A stretch of 64,000 nt of DNA from assembly GCA_964036045.1 (NCBI GenBank), contig OZ038378.1, positions 105,648,001-105,712,000 on the forward strand, written 5' to 3'. The DNA is from Eutreptiella sp. 'Long Island Sound 2002' (taxonomy: Eukaryota; Protista; Euglenida). The position numbers and the translations under genes are program-made. A model generated the notes under the pieces. That model did no database searches, was not told the origin of the DNA, and worked only from the letters and a program-made list of their open reading frames with translations. Below are positions 13,201 to 24,940 of the stretch, piece by piece; the first letter of the stretch is position 1, and every line of letters starts with the position of its first letter.

Positions 13201-14160
13201 GCGGTACCGGCCCTAGCCTTCCAACAACCTTCCAAAAGTATTGTATGGTATGTGGGTATTGGTATCCGTAGGGTGGTGTAAACTTGGGAAAGCATTCCCG
13301 TAGGGAGTACAACCGTAAACTCACGTATAGTGGTATGGACCGGTAGTAAACCATATCCTCTTGAGAAGTACACCCACCCACCATCCACCCCATGGCCTTG
13401 TGCTAACCTCTTGAGAGGTTATGGCTTTGCGTTACCACTCCTCCAGATCAATGTTGCATGGTCGCTTGAGAGTATCTGGGACGCATGGGGGGCGTTTGTG
13501 CAAAGCGCACACATAGCACGCACAGTGCGCATTTCACATGGAGAAATTGGGGAATTTTAGGGCAATCTAGCAATATTCTTGCCTATAGATACCATACTAC
13601 ACCCCCACGATGTTAGACAACCCCTTACTTCACCCCATCCCCCTTTCCCCATTTCCCCCCATTTTCCCCAACTTTCCCCCATTTCCCCCCATTTTCCCTA
13701 TTTTCCCTATTTTCCCATTTTTCTTCGGGAACGTTGTCGGGTACTTTATTGCCAGCCGTGTCGGAGATTTCTGGGCCTTGTACATCTGCATTGCCCCGAA
13801 CTTGTCCTCGCCTCTGCACAGGGGCCTACAGTCCGCACGCCCAGTTCGTAAGCATTGTACCTGCAAGATCGTATGGTTGCATGTGGAAGATTCATTTTAA
13901 GGTCTATTGATGCAATAGAAGTTCAGTGCGCCCCATGTGACGCAAATGATGCGACGCTCATGCGGCACAGCGATTCTGTAGCGTTGGATTACCAGTCCCA
14001 AATGCCCGCTGCTTGGGCTCCTTCGTGGTACTGTCATCTGCATTGTCAACATGGGTGTGAGTGGTAAAGGATTGGGGCCCAAGGAGGTTTTGCGACACCA
14101 AAGCGATATTGTGGTCCTCAACTGAAAGACACTCTGCACTTAATGAGGTCAAGAGGTCAT

Positions 14161-14530
14161 ACCCCGCTCCCCCCTTGTATAGGCTACGGAAAAGTCCCAA
14201 TTTAATACGCTCCCTACGCCTACTGTAGCTTGGACAAGCCCATAGCTTGCACGTACGAGATACAACTACCCACATTTGAGTGGTGAGCTGTTGCAAGAAA
14301 AGGGAGCCCTAGTGCCCAAACTTCCCCAAATCAAACTGTGTGGGTTCAAATTGGCAAATACTCACAATACATATGTCCATGTGTTTACACAACTTGCGGA
14401 TTTGTCACCAAACCAATGTCTTATGCTTTTACACTACATTTGGTACCAAATTAAATGAGGTACCAAATTAATATGGTCCCTACGCCTGCTGTAGCTCAGA
14501 CCAGACCAGACCGTAGGGGGGGGGGGGGGG
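14161..14530. mobile_element. Pogo-type MITE family A, diverged copy
   Basis: TA flanks at 14159-14160 and 14531-14532; C-rich and G-run termini; internal sequence homologous to 18654-19010 and 27759-28113. Confidence 0.75.
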
Positions 14531-14714
14531 TATGAACCGAACGGCACATGAAAGAGAATTAGCAACACCAGGTGGGTGGTGTGTCCTTGTCTTGTGCCAC
14601 TAGGTTTCAACAGCACCATCGCCCCCGGGCCTTTCGCCTCCCCGAGACGCCAGCCACAGACACAACCGTGGCGGCAAATGGTTGCATTTGATGGTGGACA
14701 AATGATGAGGTCAA

Positions 14715-15195
14715 CGTCGCGCCGTGCCCGTGTTGAAAAAATGAGTTCCAGCCAGTTGGCCAGCCAAGTGCATTTTGGCACAATTTGCGTATATCGCCCG
14801 GAACACCCCAGCTTGACCCATAATTTCAAGTGTGCTTTTTTACCCATTTTTCAGCAAGCTGAATCCACCCAGATTCGCTCCCGGCGAAAACGGAAACTTT
14901 TTTGCGCGTCGTGCCGCACCTGCGTGTCGAAAAGATCAATTCCAGCTAGTTGGCCAGCCAAGTGCCATTTTGGCACAATTTGCGTACATCAACAGGAACA
15001 CCCCAGCTTGACCAATAACTTCAAGGGTGCTTTGTTACCCATTTTACAGCAAGCCAAATCCACCCAAATTAGCTCCTGGCGAAAAGGGAAACTTTTTTGC
15101 GCGTTGCGCCGCGCGCGCGTGTTGAAAAAATCAGTTCCGGCCAGTTGGCCAGCCAACCAAGTGCCATTTTGGCACAATTTGCGTGTATCCACGTC
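14715..15195. repeat. About 194-bp tandem repeat, about 2.4 copies
   Basis: TTGGCCAGCCAA.TG..ATTTTGGCACAATTTGCGT recurs at about 14757, 14950 and 15145. Confidence 0.8.
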
Positions 15196-15199
15196 AACG

Positions 15200-15520
15200 C
15201 GGGATACACACTTTTTGTTTTTGGGGATACACACAGGATACACACTCTGGAACCTTGGGATACACCTGTGATACATGAAAACCATGAAAAAAAGCGGGAG
15301 CTGTAAGATGCGGCTTCAAAGATAATTGCTTCATCGTGTCTGGGGAAGAGCCGCAAGGGAACGAAGGACTGAGGAACTGAGCGCGTAGGACTACAAATGA
15401 AGAAAAGGTTGGGATACACATGTGATACACACACTTGAAAGTTGGGATACACATGGGATACACACTTCTGGAGTTTGGGATACAGTTGGATGCAGTAATT
15501 ACAATTTTTGGGATACGCTC
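15200..15520. repeat. Cluster of GGGATACAC motifs
   Basis: Eight or more copies of (G)GATACAC in direct orientation. Confidence 0.6.
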
Positions 15521-17292
15521 TATCTCCACCACTGCCCCATCCCAACCAGAATCCTCACAACCAGGCACCAGAACGCAATGTGGAGGCAAAATTTAGCATT
15601 TTCCTGATGTCCTCGCTGCCCATCAGGGGCTTCAGGAGCTGTGAATAGGAGCCCTTTCCAACCTTGCGCCTCATCTTAAACAATGGCACATGCCCGCCCT
15701 TTGGGACTGGCTTTGGGGCAGCCTTAGTTATGGCTGAAAATCACATCAAAGCAAACGGCATTGCGTTGCAGTACCAAGCAGAATGTTGTTATGAGCAGGA
15801 AGAACCAGGACAGGGTTGACCCACCCCCTCTCTTCCTCCACAATCGGCACACAATCACGTCGCGTTACATTTTAACTCGTGACCGAAGTTCCACCAAGTG
15901 TCCGCCGAGCGTTCACAAAGTAGGTCAAGGGTCAGTGACAGGCCCGGTTCGGGGTGAAGGCCAGGGTGCCCTATCCTCATCCCTGTCCGGGTACGGCGAG
16001 GGGGCGGGAGGAACAAGTCCTACGCCTTGCCCTTCGGATGTCTCCCCGTAGAACAGGTGCGTACGCCCTCACGGACCTTCCAGGGTGGACACTACAATCC
16101 AGTTAAGAACCAGGAGAACGATGGTCAGACGGGGTCCCCGTGCTTAGACAGGCCCGGGCTTGCGCAAAGGGGGGGGTGGCTACTCCTGACCCACGTGGTG
16201 TGTCCTGCACCACGTCATCACGTCCCAATGTGTCCTCCTACAGGTAACCGAACACTGCGCAAGGATGCCAAGGCGTTGGAGAAAACTGTCTGTGTTGGTG
16301 TGGAGTGGGAGCTGCTTCGGTGAGATGTGCACCGGGGGATTGCAGCACTGGCTATATTTTGAGGCAATTGTCATCACAAAGGCTTCCTCTGCCTCATCCA
16401 TGCTGGACAGGCGTGCGACCACGTGGGGGGGATGTAGGGCACTACAGTGCCTGTGTGGTGCGCCCAGAGGGGGGCGAAGGGGAGAGGGGTAGGGGAGGGG
16501 GACAGGCCATTGCTTACCAACCCCCGAGGGGGGTGAGACCTAATAAAAAAACAGACCAATGCAAACCAGAGGTCATGCACTCCACAGTACGGCATCAGTG
16601 CATCTTTATTCTCTATGCCAAACCTGGTTGAACCTCAAGACACACACTGTGTCTGAAACAGAAAACAGAACATCATGTCTGACTACAGTTACCCAACAGT
16701 TACAACCCCCGAGGGGGGGGATCAATGGTCGGTGCTGATCGACTGAATGTCCCCGCCATAGACACTTTCAGCCATTAGTCCAGAGGTTCTCTCACAGATG
16801 CATGTGTCCCCTTCTTGGTTGGGGTGCTCCACTATTCAATGTACAACAAGTAGGTACAAGGTTTCAATCAGCGGTGCCAGTGGCAGCTGCATTTGTTATA
16901 TAACCTGTGGACGGCGAACCACTATAGATCAATACCTGTGTGTTGCTGAGCTAGATGGTGCATGAAAAACAGCCACGCCCTCAAGCTGCGTCTGTGTTGA
17001 TGTGTCGCAGTGAATCACAGGGCCGTATAGCCTGATGCACTCCTTCGGCCTAACCATACAGCTTTCTGTTCTCCTGCTGGAGGGGAAAAGGGGAGGTAGA
17101 CAATCGCTGTATTACGTGCGAGCTGACAAGGCTGCATAGCTGTGTGTTTGTGGGACCTTATGTTGGGTGAAGTGCCGCGTGCTTCAGTGGAAGCACCCTG
17201 GGCTCCAGCATCGCTGACGATGCTATCCACTATACCACACTGCCTCCCATACTGTCTTTGTGGGAAGAAACATTCAAAACTTAGAAAGCAGT

Positions 17293-17880
17293 CTACTGGC
17301 TGAGGCGTCGTTTTCTCGTGTCGCTAACATCAGTGCTGTAGGCACTGTCATTGTCACTGTCGTCGTCGGCGGTGACGGTGTCAGAGTCGCTATAATCTGA
17401 TATGGTACCCGACTCGTCAGAGTCAGATAAAGGCTCCAGGTCTAGTGATCTGAGGATGTCACTTGCAGTGACGGAGGAAAAACGTACTGCTGCTGGAGAT
17501 TGAAAGACAATTTTTTGTGAGACCTCAGACAGATCATGTGTTGACGTAGCTGCAAAACGTGCCTTCTTGAGAGGGGTAAACCGTGGTGGTGAAAAGTCAG
17601 AAAAGGTGCTTGGTGTGTGCAGTATGGGGTGTAGTGGGCTGGAGAGGCGGCCTAGGTCCGCCAGCCGGTCTGCTTCGTTGTTGCCGTCCACTGTGACGTG
17701 GGACGGGACTTTGACCCATTTAATGGTTTTGTCTGGCTGGCTTAGTTCGCTGAGGAGTTGCTCCCAAATTTCAACATTGGACACTGGGCCGGAGGAGCCT
17801 GTCCATCCGCGCAGTTTCCAGCGCCTGGCCGCACCGCTCGCACCTAGAATTACGTAGGAAGAATCAGAACAAAAGGCAAC
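17293..17880 (-). pseudogene. C-terminal half of a LINE-type RNase H with an acidic/basic tail
   Basis: AFCSDSSYV, SNVEIWEQLL and WVKVPSHVTVDGNNEADRLAD are RNase HI motifs. The fragment begins at the G-run at about 17889-17903. Confidence 0.8.
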
Positions 17881-18190
17881 CCCCGAGGGAGGGGGGGGGG
17901 GGGCTGACCAACCCTGGTGGACCCACCCATCAACCCACCCACCCACCCAGACTGCAGCCAGGGGTCAGCTGCAGTCAACAGAAAAGGTACAACAATGCGG
18001 ACAGGGCGCTCCCTAATTAAAAACTAAACTAACAAAAAAAAAGCGAAAGTGAGTGACCATTCACTCACTCATGTTCAGCTGGTAACCGACGGCGGTTGAG
18101 CGGTTGCGGACGGCGGTTGGAGGGAGCCGAAGGCGGTTGGAGGGCAACCGTCGGCAGTTGGGGCAAACAGTAAGAGGGCCCCATGCTCAC

Positions 18191-18490
18191 CTGGACCCGG
18201 CGTCTCGGGGACGGGGGCGGAGGGAGGGGGGTTGCCCAGGATGGGTGCGGTCGGCACCGGCGGAGAGGGCGCGGCGGGGGCAGGGGCAGGGGGGCCCGGG
18301 GGCTCCACTGCGCTGTGGGCGTAGCCGCAGCCGTCCCCGAGGGGGCAGCTGCCGGGGCTCAGGACCCAGTGCACGCACATCGCGGCCTTGGGCTTCGGCT
18401 CGGGGGCGTGGGGCACTGCGGCGGAGGGAGGGGCAGGGGCGACGGCGGGGGTGGCGGGGGGAGGGGCCAGATTTGGGGCCGGGGACCAGA
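18191..18490 (-). CDS. Orphan exon with a CCCH zinc finger in a Pro/Ala-rich context
   Basis: KAAMCVHWVLSPGSCPLGDGCGYAH has C-x9-C-x5-C-x3-H spacing. It is GC-rich and has a canonical donor CAG|GTGAGC at 18191/18190. The 5-prime boundary is uncertain (a possible acceptor lies at 18416/18415). Confidence 0.55.
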
Positions 18491-18653
18491 GAACCCTCCC
18501 CCCCCCCCCGCTGCAGATGTTGGATGCTGACCATTACCCGGCACAGGCAGCAGAGCGGCAAGTTCAGGACAAAAAGCTCTTCAGTGACATTGCCTTTCGC
18601 TGCGACACCCGCTTTTCGTGTGCTGGCTCCTGTACTCCAATCACAACCAACTA

Positions 18654-19010
18654 CCCCCCCCCCCCGCCTTGTATAAGCTACGCCAATGTACACAATTAAT
18701 ACGGTCCCTACGCCTACTGTAGCTTAGACAAGGCCGTAGCTTGCGCGTACCACATATATCGTGAGCTGGTGCAAGAAAGGGGAATGTAATGCACAAATAT
18801 CCCCAAAATCAGAGCTCTGTGGGTTCAAGTGGGCAAACACTCACAACAAATGTGTCCATGACTCTACGTAATTGGCAAATGTGTCACCAAACCCATGTCT
18901 TATGTGGCTGCACTACATTTCGTACCGAATTAAATTAGGTACACAATTAATACGGTCCCTACGCCCGCTGTAGCTTGGACAAGGCCGTAGCTTATACAAA
19001 GGGGGGGGGG
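18654..19010. mobile_element. Pogo-type MITE family A
   Basis: TA TSD at 18652-18653 and 19011-19012; TIR (C)n..TTGTATAAGCTAC / GTAGCTTATACAAA(G)n; internal direct repeat TTAATACGGTCCCTACGCC. Confidence 0.85.
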
Positions 19011-19439
19011 TACTGCCAAACAACAATCAGATATCATAGGCAGACACGCCTCAGGATCCAAGGGCGCTTCGCTTTGCCTCCTCTATCCGAGCAATGACCT
19101 CTATCTTGGTGAAAGCAGCATCCAAAGCGAACCAAAACGCACAACCATCGGGTATGCGATCATGCCAGTGTATACCGTAGCCCCCCCCCCCCCCCAGCCC
19201 CCTCCCCCCCCCCAGGACAGGTGACAGGTGACACATGGATGGGCCAGCAGCCAAGGGCCGACTTGGAGGTCGGGTCAGGGGGTCGAAATTTTTTTTGCGT
19301 TTTTCACCCGCATTTGAATTCACAAAAATGCGAGCACTTTGAGTATAGACACATGGGACAGATGTACCCAAAGGTTACGGAATGGTGGACTCCATCAGGT
19401 GCCTGCACAGAAGCTAACCTACACAATGTCAGATACATC

Positions 19440-19660
19440 CGCTGAGTAGCCATTCGCGGGCACCCACTCAAGGCGCCCATTGGGGGGCCCGTTCGGCGGC
19501 CATTACGCGCCCATTAGGCGCCCGTTATGCCCCCATTATGCGCCCATTAGGCTCGCTATGCGCCCATTATGTGACCACTAGGCGCCCGTTAGGCGCCCAT
19601 TAGGCTCCTTAGGCGCCCGTTAGGCGCACGCTCGGCGCCCATTAGGCGCCCATTAAGCCC
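19440..19660. repeat. Short GGCGCCCATTA-type tandem minisatellite
   Basis: Many copies of GCGCCC(A/G)TTA(G/T). Confidence 0.75.
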
Positions 19661-19946
19661 CCCTCCCCCGGGGCAGTAGGTATGGAACCAAGAACGCCGT
19701 CCCCGAGGGGGGCCTAGGGAGGCCTTACAGGCTGTCCCAGGGGAGGGGAGGGGGGGGCAGGGCTGCGCGTAAGGGCCAGGGGGTCGGACGTTGGAGGGCA
19801 GCGGGGCATGTACCAGATATATAACTATATAACTGTTGTATATAACTGATTTGTATGACTGTACGAGCAGGTCACATATCTGTAGTCACCGCCGTATGTG
19901 TACAGTTGTGCTGAGCTTTGTCACTGGGCCACTCTGCACATGTTGT

Positions 19947-20752
19947 CAGGGCTTTTTTTTGGGGGGGGGGGTCCAGCCCCCCCCCCTCCGCCCCCCGGTG
20001 GTGCTGAGTTTTTAGAGGCGCCAAAGGCGCCGAAGAAAGTTTTTGGTCTAAACCAATTGGCGCCGAAGGCGCCAGAGAAATTTTTTGATTGGCTGAAGGC
20101 CCGGAGGAAAATTTGGCCCAATATTTTAAAGGGGGGGGGGGAGGGGGGGGGGCTGGGTGGGTCAAGAGGGGGGGGGGGGGGGGGCTGGGTGGTGAGGGAC
20201 CCCCCCCATCCCACCCCACCCCCCCCCAGTGGTCGTGGGAGTGCGGGACCCAGCTAGTACAGCAGCGCCACCTGTGCCAACAGGCAGTCAAGGAGCGCGG
20301 GTCCCCCCCAGTCATGCCCGGCGCACACCCGTCCCCGTGCGTACGCAGTCGTGGGACGGGCGGGCAGCGTGTCTCTGTGACCAGGAGGATGCGATGCCCT
20401 GGCCCACTACTCCCCGGTGGGCTCAGCGTCGGGCTCCCATGGCCTGCCCCACCGGGCCTGGAGCACCAGGCCACACTTGCCCCCCACACGCAAGGCCCAG
20501 CCCCCGCCCACACCCCTGCCCCCGCGCGCGCCTACACACAGGACGACGGCATCTTCCGCCCACCTGCGCTTCGGTGGGGTCTGGTGGCTGTCGATAGTCC
20601 GCTCGGCCTTGGAACCGGACAGTCAGGTTGTTCAGCCTCGTGGTGGGGCAGGGAAGGAAGCCCACACCCGAGGGCCTGCTCCTGCATGAGGCCGCCAGCC
20701 CAACCCAACCCAACCCCCCCCCAGTGGTGCCGAGTTGTTAAAAAAAGCCCTG
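19947..20752. mobile_element. hAT-type MITE carrying an internal insertion of about 480 bp
   Basis: TIR CAGGGCTTTTTTT / AAAAAAAGCCCTG; 8-bp TSD CATGTTGT / CATGTCGT; body homologous to 28442-28709. Confidence 0.8.
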
Positions 20753-21044
20753 CATGTCGTTCCGCACTTCTGTGGCGGAAATTCTCTTGCGCAGTGCATG
20801 GCACACATCGCCAGGCAGGGGCTGGCCCTGCTCTCGCCACGGGCACAGCAAGTGCACGGCGCGTGCATGGCCTACCTCGGAGCCACCACTGCAACATTGC
20901 ACAATTCACTGCCGACGTCCGCTGTTTTCGTGGCACACACCTCCCAAGTGCTGACGCCCGCCATATCACTGTCTGAATCATAACAATCGGGGGCTTGAGC
21001 CCTGTGGGGGAGGGCCATTTGGAATTGGACTCCCGTTGGGGTTA

Positions 21045-21414
21045 GGGGGGGAACATTTGCCCGGCGCGCGCCCGGCGCGCCCGGCATCCAAATCAATGTT
21101 CCGGCCATCTATCCCCATGCTTTACCCCCAAACATCACTCCCTCCTCCAGCCCAGGTGGGGAGAGATCAATATGGCTACATCACCCCTGCCTTCTCGGGG
21201 TCCCCGTAGTGGGGGGAAATCAACCTAGAAAGGAGTGGATGTGGTGGAGACGAGCAAAAAATGTGTGAAAAAGGGTGAAACTGGGTGAGAATCCAAGGAT
21301 ACCATATCCCCAACACGGGGACAAAAAATGGGGAACAGGGGGAGAAGTGCGGGAAAATAGGCCGAAACTTTGCCCGGCGCGCCCGGCGCGCGCCGGGCGC
21401 GCTAATGCTCCCCC
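21045..21414. mobile_element. PIF/Harbinger-derived MITE
   Basis: TIR GGGGGAACATTTGC / GCTAATGCTCCCCC; left flank TTA. It shares ATCAATATGGCTACATCACCCCTGCCTTCTCGGGGTCCCC and the GCCCGGCGCGC subterminal motifs with the element at 45720-47301. Confidence 0.75.
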
Positions 21415-22440
21415 AGGGTTAGGGTTAGTGTTAGGGTTCGGGTTAGGGTCAGGGTCACCGAGCTGGTGGAACCAGTCTTGGTTTTATAACCCTCTTTAGT
21501 GTCTAGGGTGGACCTACCAGGTTTAGCAGCAAGCAACAAGCAGCAAGCAGCAGCACGCGCGAAACCGGCAAAAATTAGAACTCCGTCGTGGTGCTCCAGA
21601 TTCGGGTGAAATTTGGGTGGATGATACCTATGGGTGTGAAGTACAACCACACAAAGTATGAGCCAGAAACTCAACGGTGGCGGCCGGGAACGGCTGTCGC
21701 AAGTGGCAGACCTCAATTTCAAAAACTGCAATTTAGGGCCAAAAACAGCCATTTTTGGGCCAAAACAGCCTTGGAACCCATTCAAAACGGCCAAACGAAG
21801 GGAAACGGTAGGTACACTGCACGTGCGGCTTGACTTCCCCGTGTCAACGAGCTCTTTGCGGCCCTCTAACTCCATGATATGTCCCGGAAACGGCCCAAAA
21901 AGGCCCCCGGAAGCCCCAAATTTCGTGTAGATTGGCTGCCGACAGCCACAAACCAAGAACATGCCATATCTTTGGCTACATGGCTCAAAACGCGATTCCG
22001 AGGGCACCTAGTCCACCCGCAACCCCCCACTTTTTGTGGTTTCCACCCCTCCGAATTGCCCAAACGGACGCCTAGACCCCCGTACCTAGGCCCACTAGGC
22101 TGCGGCAAGCTGCAAGCTCAAGCCCAAACAGGTGGGTGCCCAAATGGGTCAACAGGGTCCAATAGGGGCAAAAAAATGACTTTTCTCCAACATGATCCTA
22201 GACCATGTGTGGCGCTAAAACAAGTGTTTTTGGACCGTTTTGAGCCTGTGGTGGCCCATTTTGGTCCTCCAAAAATCCCAAAATGCCTTGAAAATGGGCT
22301 GTTTTGGGACCAAAAATGGGTCAAAAATGGGTCAAAAACGCATTTTTCCAAAACTCATCCTAGACCATTTGGGGTGCACAAACGGGTGAAATGAGCCCAT
22401 TTTGAGCCCATTTTGGGGCATTTTGGCCCCTCAGAAGTCC
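21415..22440. mobile_element. Interspersed repeat capped by degenerate (TTAGGG)n, long copy
   Basis: AGGGTTAGGGTTAGTGTTAGGGTTCGGGTTAGGGTCAGGGTCACCGAGCTGG..., followed by about 430 bp homologous to 56509-56928 including an AGCA microsatellite. The right boundary is approximate. Confidence 0.7.
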
Positions 22441-22741
22441 AAAAAGCGATTCCACTCTGTCAACGGCCTGCAATGTGTGAATCATTCTTGGTGTTCCTAA
22501 CCACTCATAGCTGATGTTCCCTCACCCACCAGCTCGGTCCCAATATTCAGTCTTGATTAGGTTAGACTCCCGCTGGGAACTGGTCATGCAGAACGCGTGC
22601 ACAGTGACTGATCCGCCCCCTCTCTATAGCGACCACGAAGGCAACTTGCTGACGTTGGCGATTGGTCGCCAATCGCGCATCTCCTGCACCCTCTTGTATC
22701 GCCTGCACCACCAGTATACACCCACTGCCTCTGCAAAATGG

Positions 22742-23668
22742 CTAGAGCATGCGCCACAAGCTCTCCGGTGGTCGCGAGCGCTTGAAGCGGGTGTAGCTCT
22801 GACACGCACGCCTTATGGCCCACAGCAGCGGCACGCTGAGGGCCGGCACGACGATGTAGGCGGGCCGTTTGTACAGGCCCGGGACGTGCAGCAACGCCTG
22901 CATGCCCGCCTCCTGCATGGCCCAGAAGAACAGTGGGGCGCCCCCGTAATCCATCAGCGCCTCCAGCGCCTCGTCCCCCGCCCGCGCCAAACACCGCGCG
23001 CCCCGGCCCTTGCCCGCATCCCGCACCTCCTGCTCCGCCGCCGTGCGGCACCACGCGGGCACGCACGCGGCGAACCCGGCCATCGCGACCCCCGACGTGC
23101 CCAGGAACAGCAGGTTGTACGCCAGCGAGGCCGGCCGCTTGCTGGTGCACAGGAAGCGGCACACAAGGTCGCCTGCGCCCTCTCCGCGGGTCGGGCCGCG
23201 TAAGTTGACGGCGGCCCCTCCGGCAAAGCGCCCCGCGGCCCAGAGCCCGAGGCACATCCCGCCCAACCACCGCAACGTCGCCCACCCGCCGTCGCGGTCA
23301 CGCATGACCTCCGGGACGGCCGCGGCCCCGAGCAACGCCAGCCCGGCCACCGGCACTATCGGAAAGTCCACCTGATACCGCTCCCACACGGGCCCTGGCA
23401 AAAGCAGCGCGCGCACCAGCACGTGCCACGGCATGTGGGGGCGCCCCAAAAACGAGGGCCACGCCCTTTTGTCCGCAAGGGAGCTGTGCTGGGCCCACAG
23501 CGCCGTGGCGTGCGTCGTCACCAGCATGAGGGCGCCCAGGCCAGCGAGGCAGGCCTGGTCGCGGCGGCGGGGCTGGCGGGTCTCGGGGTCGCGGAGGAAG
23601 GGGACGGCGAGCCCGAGGAGGCACATGCTGCCCCCCAGGGAGGTCAGGGGACCTTGGCTGATGCGGAC
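22742..23668 (-). CDS. DUF1624/HGSNAT-like multi-pass membrane protein, exon 3 (terminal)
   Basis: Acceptor pyrimidine tract plus CAG|GTC at 23669/23668, phase 0. Motifs FLCTSKRPASLAYNLLFLG, LMDYGGAPLFFW and YTRFKRSRPPESLWRML parallel the recalled DUF1624 motifs FLNxxKYPPSL, FGRVPLFFY and WYARxK. Confidence 0.8.
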   Translation of the reverse strand, partial: VRISQGPLTSLGGSMCLLGLAVPFLRDPETRQPRRRDQACLAGLGALMLVTTHATALWAQHSSLADKRAWPSFLGRPHMPWHVLVRALLLPGPVWERYQVDFPIVPVAGLALLGAAAVPEVMRDRDGGWATLRWLGGMCLGLWAAGRFAGGAAVNLRGPTRGEGAGDLVCRFLCTSKRPASLAYNLLFLGTSGVAMAGFAACVPAWCRTAAEQEVRDAGKGRGARCLARAGDEALEALMDYGGAPLFFWAMQEAGMQALLHVPGLYKRPAYIVVPALSVPLLWAIRRACQSYTRFKRSRPPESLWRML

Positions 23669-24580
23669 CTGGAATGGGGTGGAGGCAGAGAGGGACACCC
23701 TCCCGGCGAGGCCACCAACCCACGTCACCCCCCACCATGTCACCAGCAGAATGCTCCCCCCCACTGGGCTCCGCCTGGGAAACCGAGATACGGCAGCAAA
23801 TTCATCTACGGGGTTCTAAATGGCGCTACAAATGTCATCATGGCCCAATTGCAGCATCCCAGTGCACTGCCTGCACATCGTAGGTTACGTGTGCGTGCAG
23901 AATGAAAAGTAAGACAAATGCTTGAAGAATAAAGGACTGTTAAGATTGATTTAGTCGCTGAAAATAATATTTTATTTCTTTTTAGGCAAGGCGCGGCCAG
24001 AGCCTAATGCGGACATTGCACCCTTATCCATCTTTGCAGCCCCGCCCCCCCCCCCGCCCCCGCGCGACTCCTCTGCTGCATGAGGATAGTCTTGTTGGGT
24101 GCATAGGCTACGGTAAGCTAGAATGAGACGGGCCATGGTGGGTTGCACAGGATCCCTTGCTGTTGCTTTCCCTACATCCCTTTGGTTTTTTAATCTGCAA
24201 GGTTGTTTTCAAAATTGTTTTGCACAGCATAGGCACCTGCAGCCTTGAAGGATGCCCACTCTGCAATTTTGACTTTGCATTTTGAGGGGGGCCTTGCTGC
24301 AACAAGTACGCCCTGCCCTACCCTGCCCTGCCCTACCCTGCCCTGCCGTGCCCGCCCTGCTCTCATGTGTTGTGCACCACCCTCCATTGCACTGCACTGC
24401 CCTACAATGCCATTTCTAGGGGGCCGGTCTGCAACAGCGTGCCGCCTCCCCATGGGAGATAGCCACAGTGGCCTTACAAGCGCAATTGTAAACGTCCAAT
24501 GCACGGCCGGTTCAAGGGCGGGTTGGTGGGCTACTGTTTGAAAATAAAATTACAATCTTAAAACAGCAAGCACAGAACAT

Positions 24581-24581
<1 letters not shown>

Positions 24582-24624
<43 letters not shown>
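24582..24624. repeat. (CA)n microsatellite
   Basis: Perfect CA run of about 21 units. Confidence 0.95.
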
Positions 24625-24628
<4 letters not shown>

Positions 24629-24940
24629 AACAAACCTAAACCATAGCTCAGCCTACCCTGAGCCTGACCTGGGCTAAGATTTAGCAAAAATACCCACAGA
24701 CATGCTGTGCACAGGACAAACAAGCCTTATTGAAACTCGGCAGTGTGCTGCCTACCTGTGGGGCTTATTGCCGCCAGTCCTGCTCTCCTACGGCGGCCCG
24801 CGCACACCTACAGGCAGTGGCTCATGAAAGAAACAAAAAAAAATACAAAACAAACCACCGACAAACTCCTGCATCACGGCGAACCTTGGGACAATGACAT
24901 GCACTACCCCCCCCCCCCCCCTTGCCCGCACCACCCTCAC

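Noticed and set aside
10700-13560. Possible further retroelement relic
   Set aside because: Only vague gag-like fragments were seen, with no RT, integrase or recombinase motif that could be supported.
16245-16320. Possible plus-strand micro-exon (CTACAG|GTAACC...CTTCG|GTGAGA)
   Set aside because: The splice-like signals are plausible, but the 26-aa peptide has no recognisable motif or partner exons.
21402-22394. ORFs of 170-200 aa in the telomere-capped repeat and in the MITEs
   Set aside because: The frames are not conserved between copies and run through microsatellites; they are probably non-coding.
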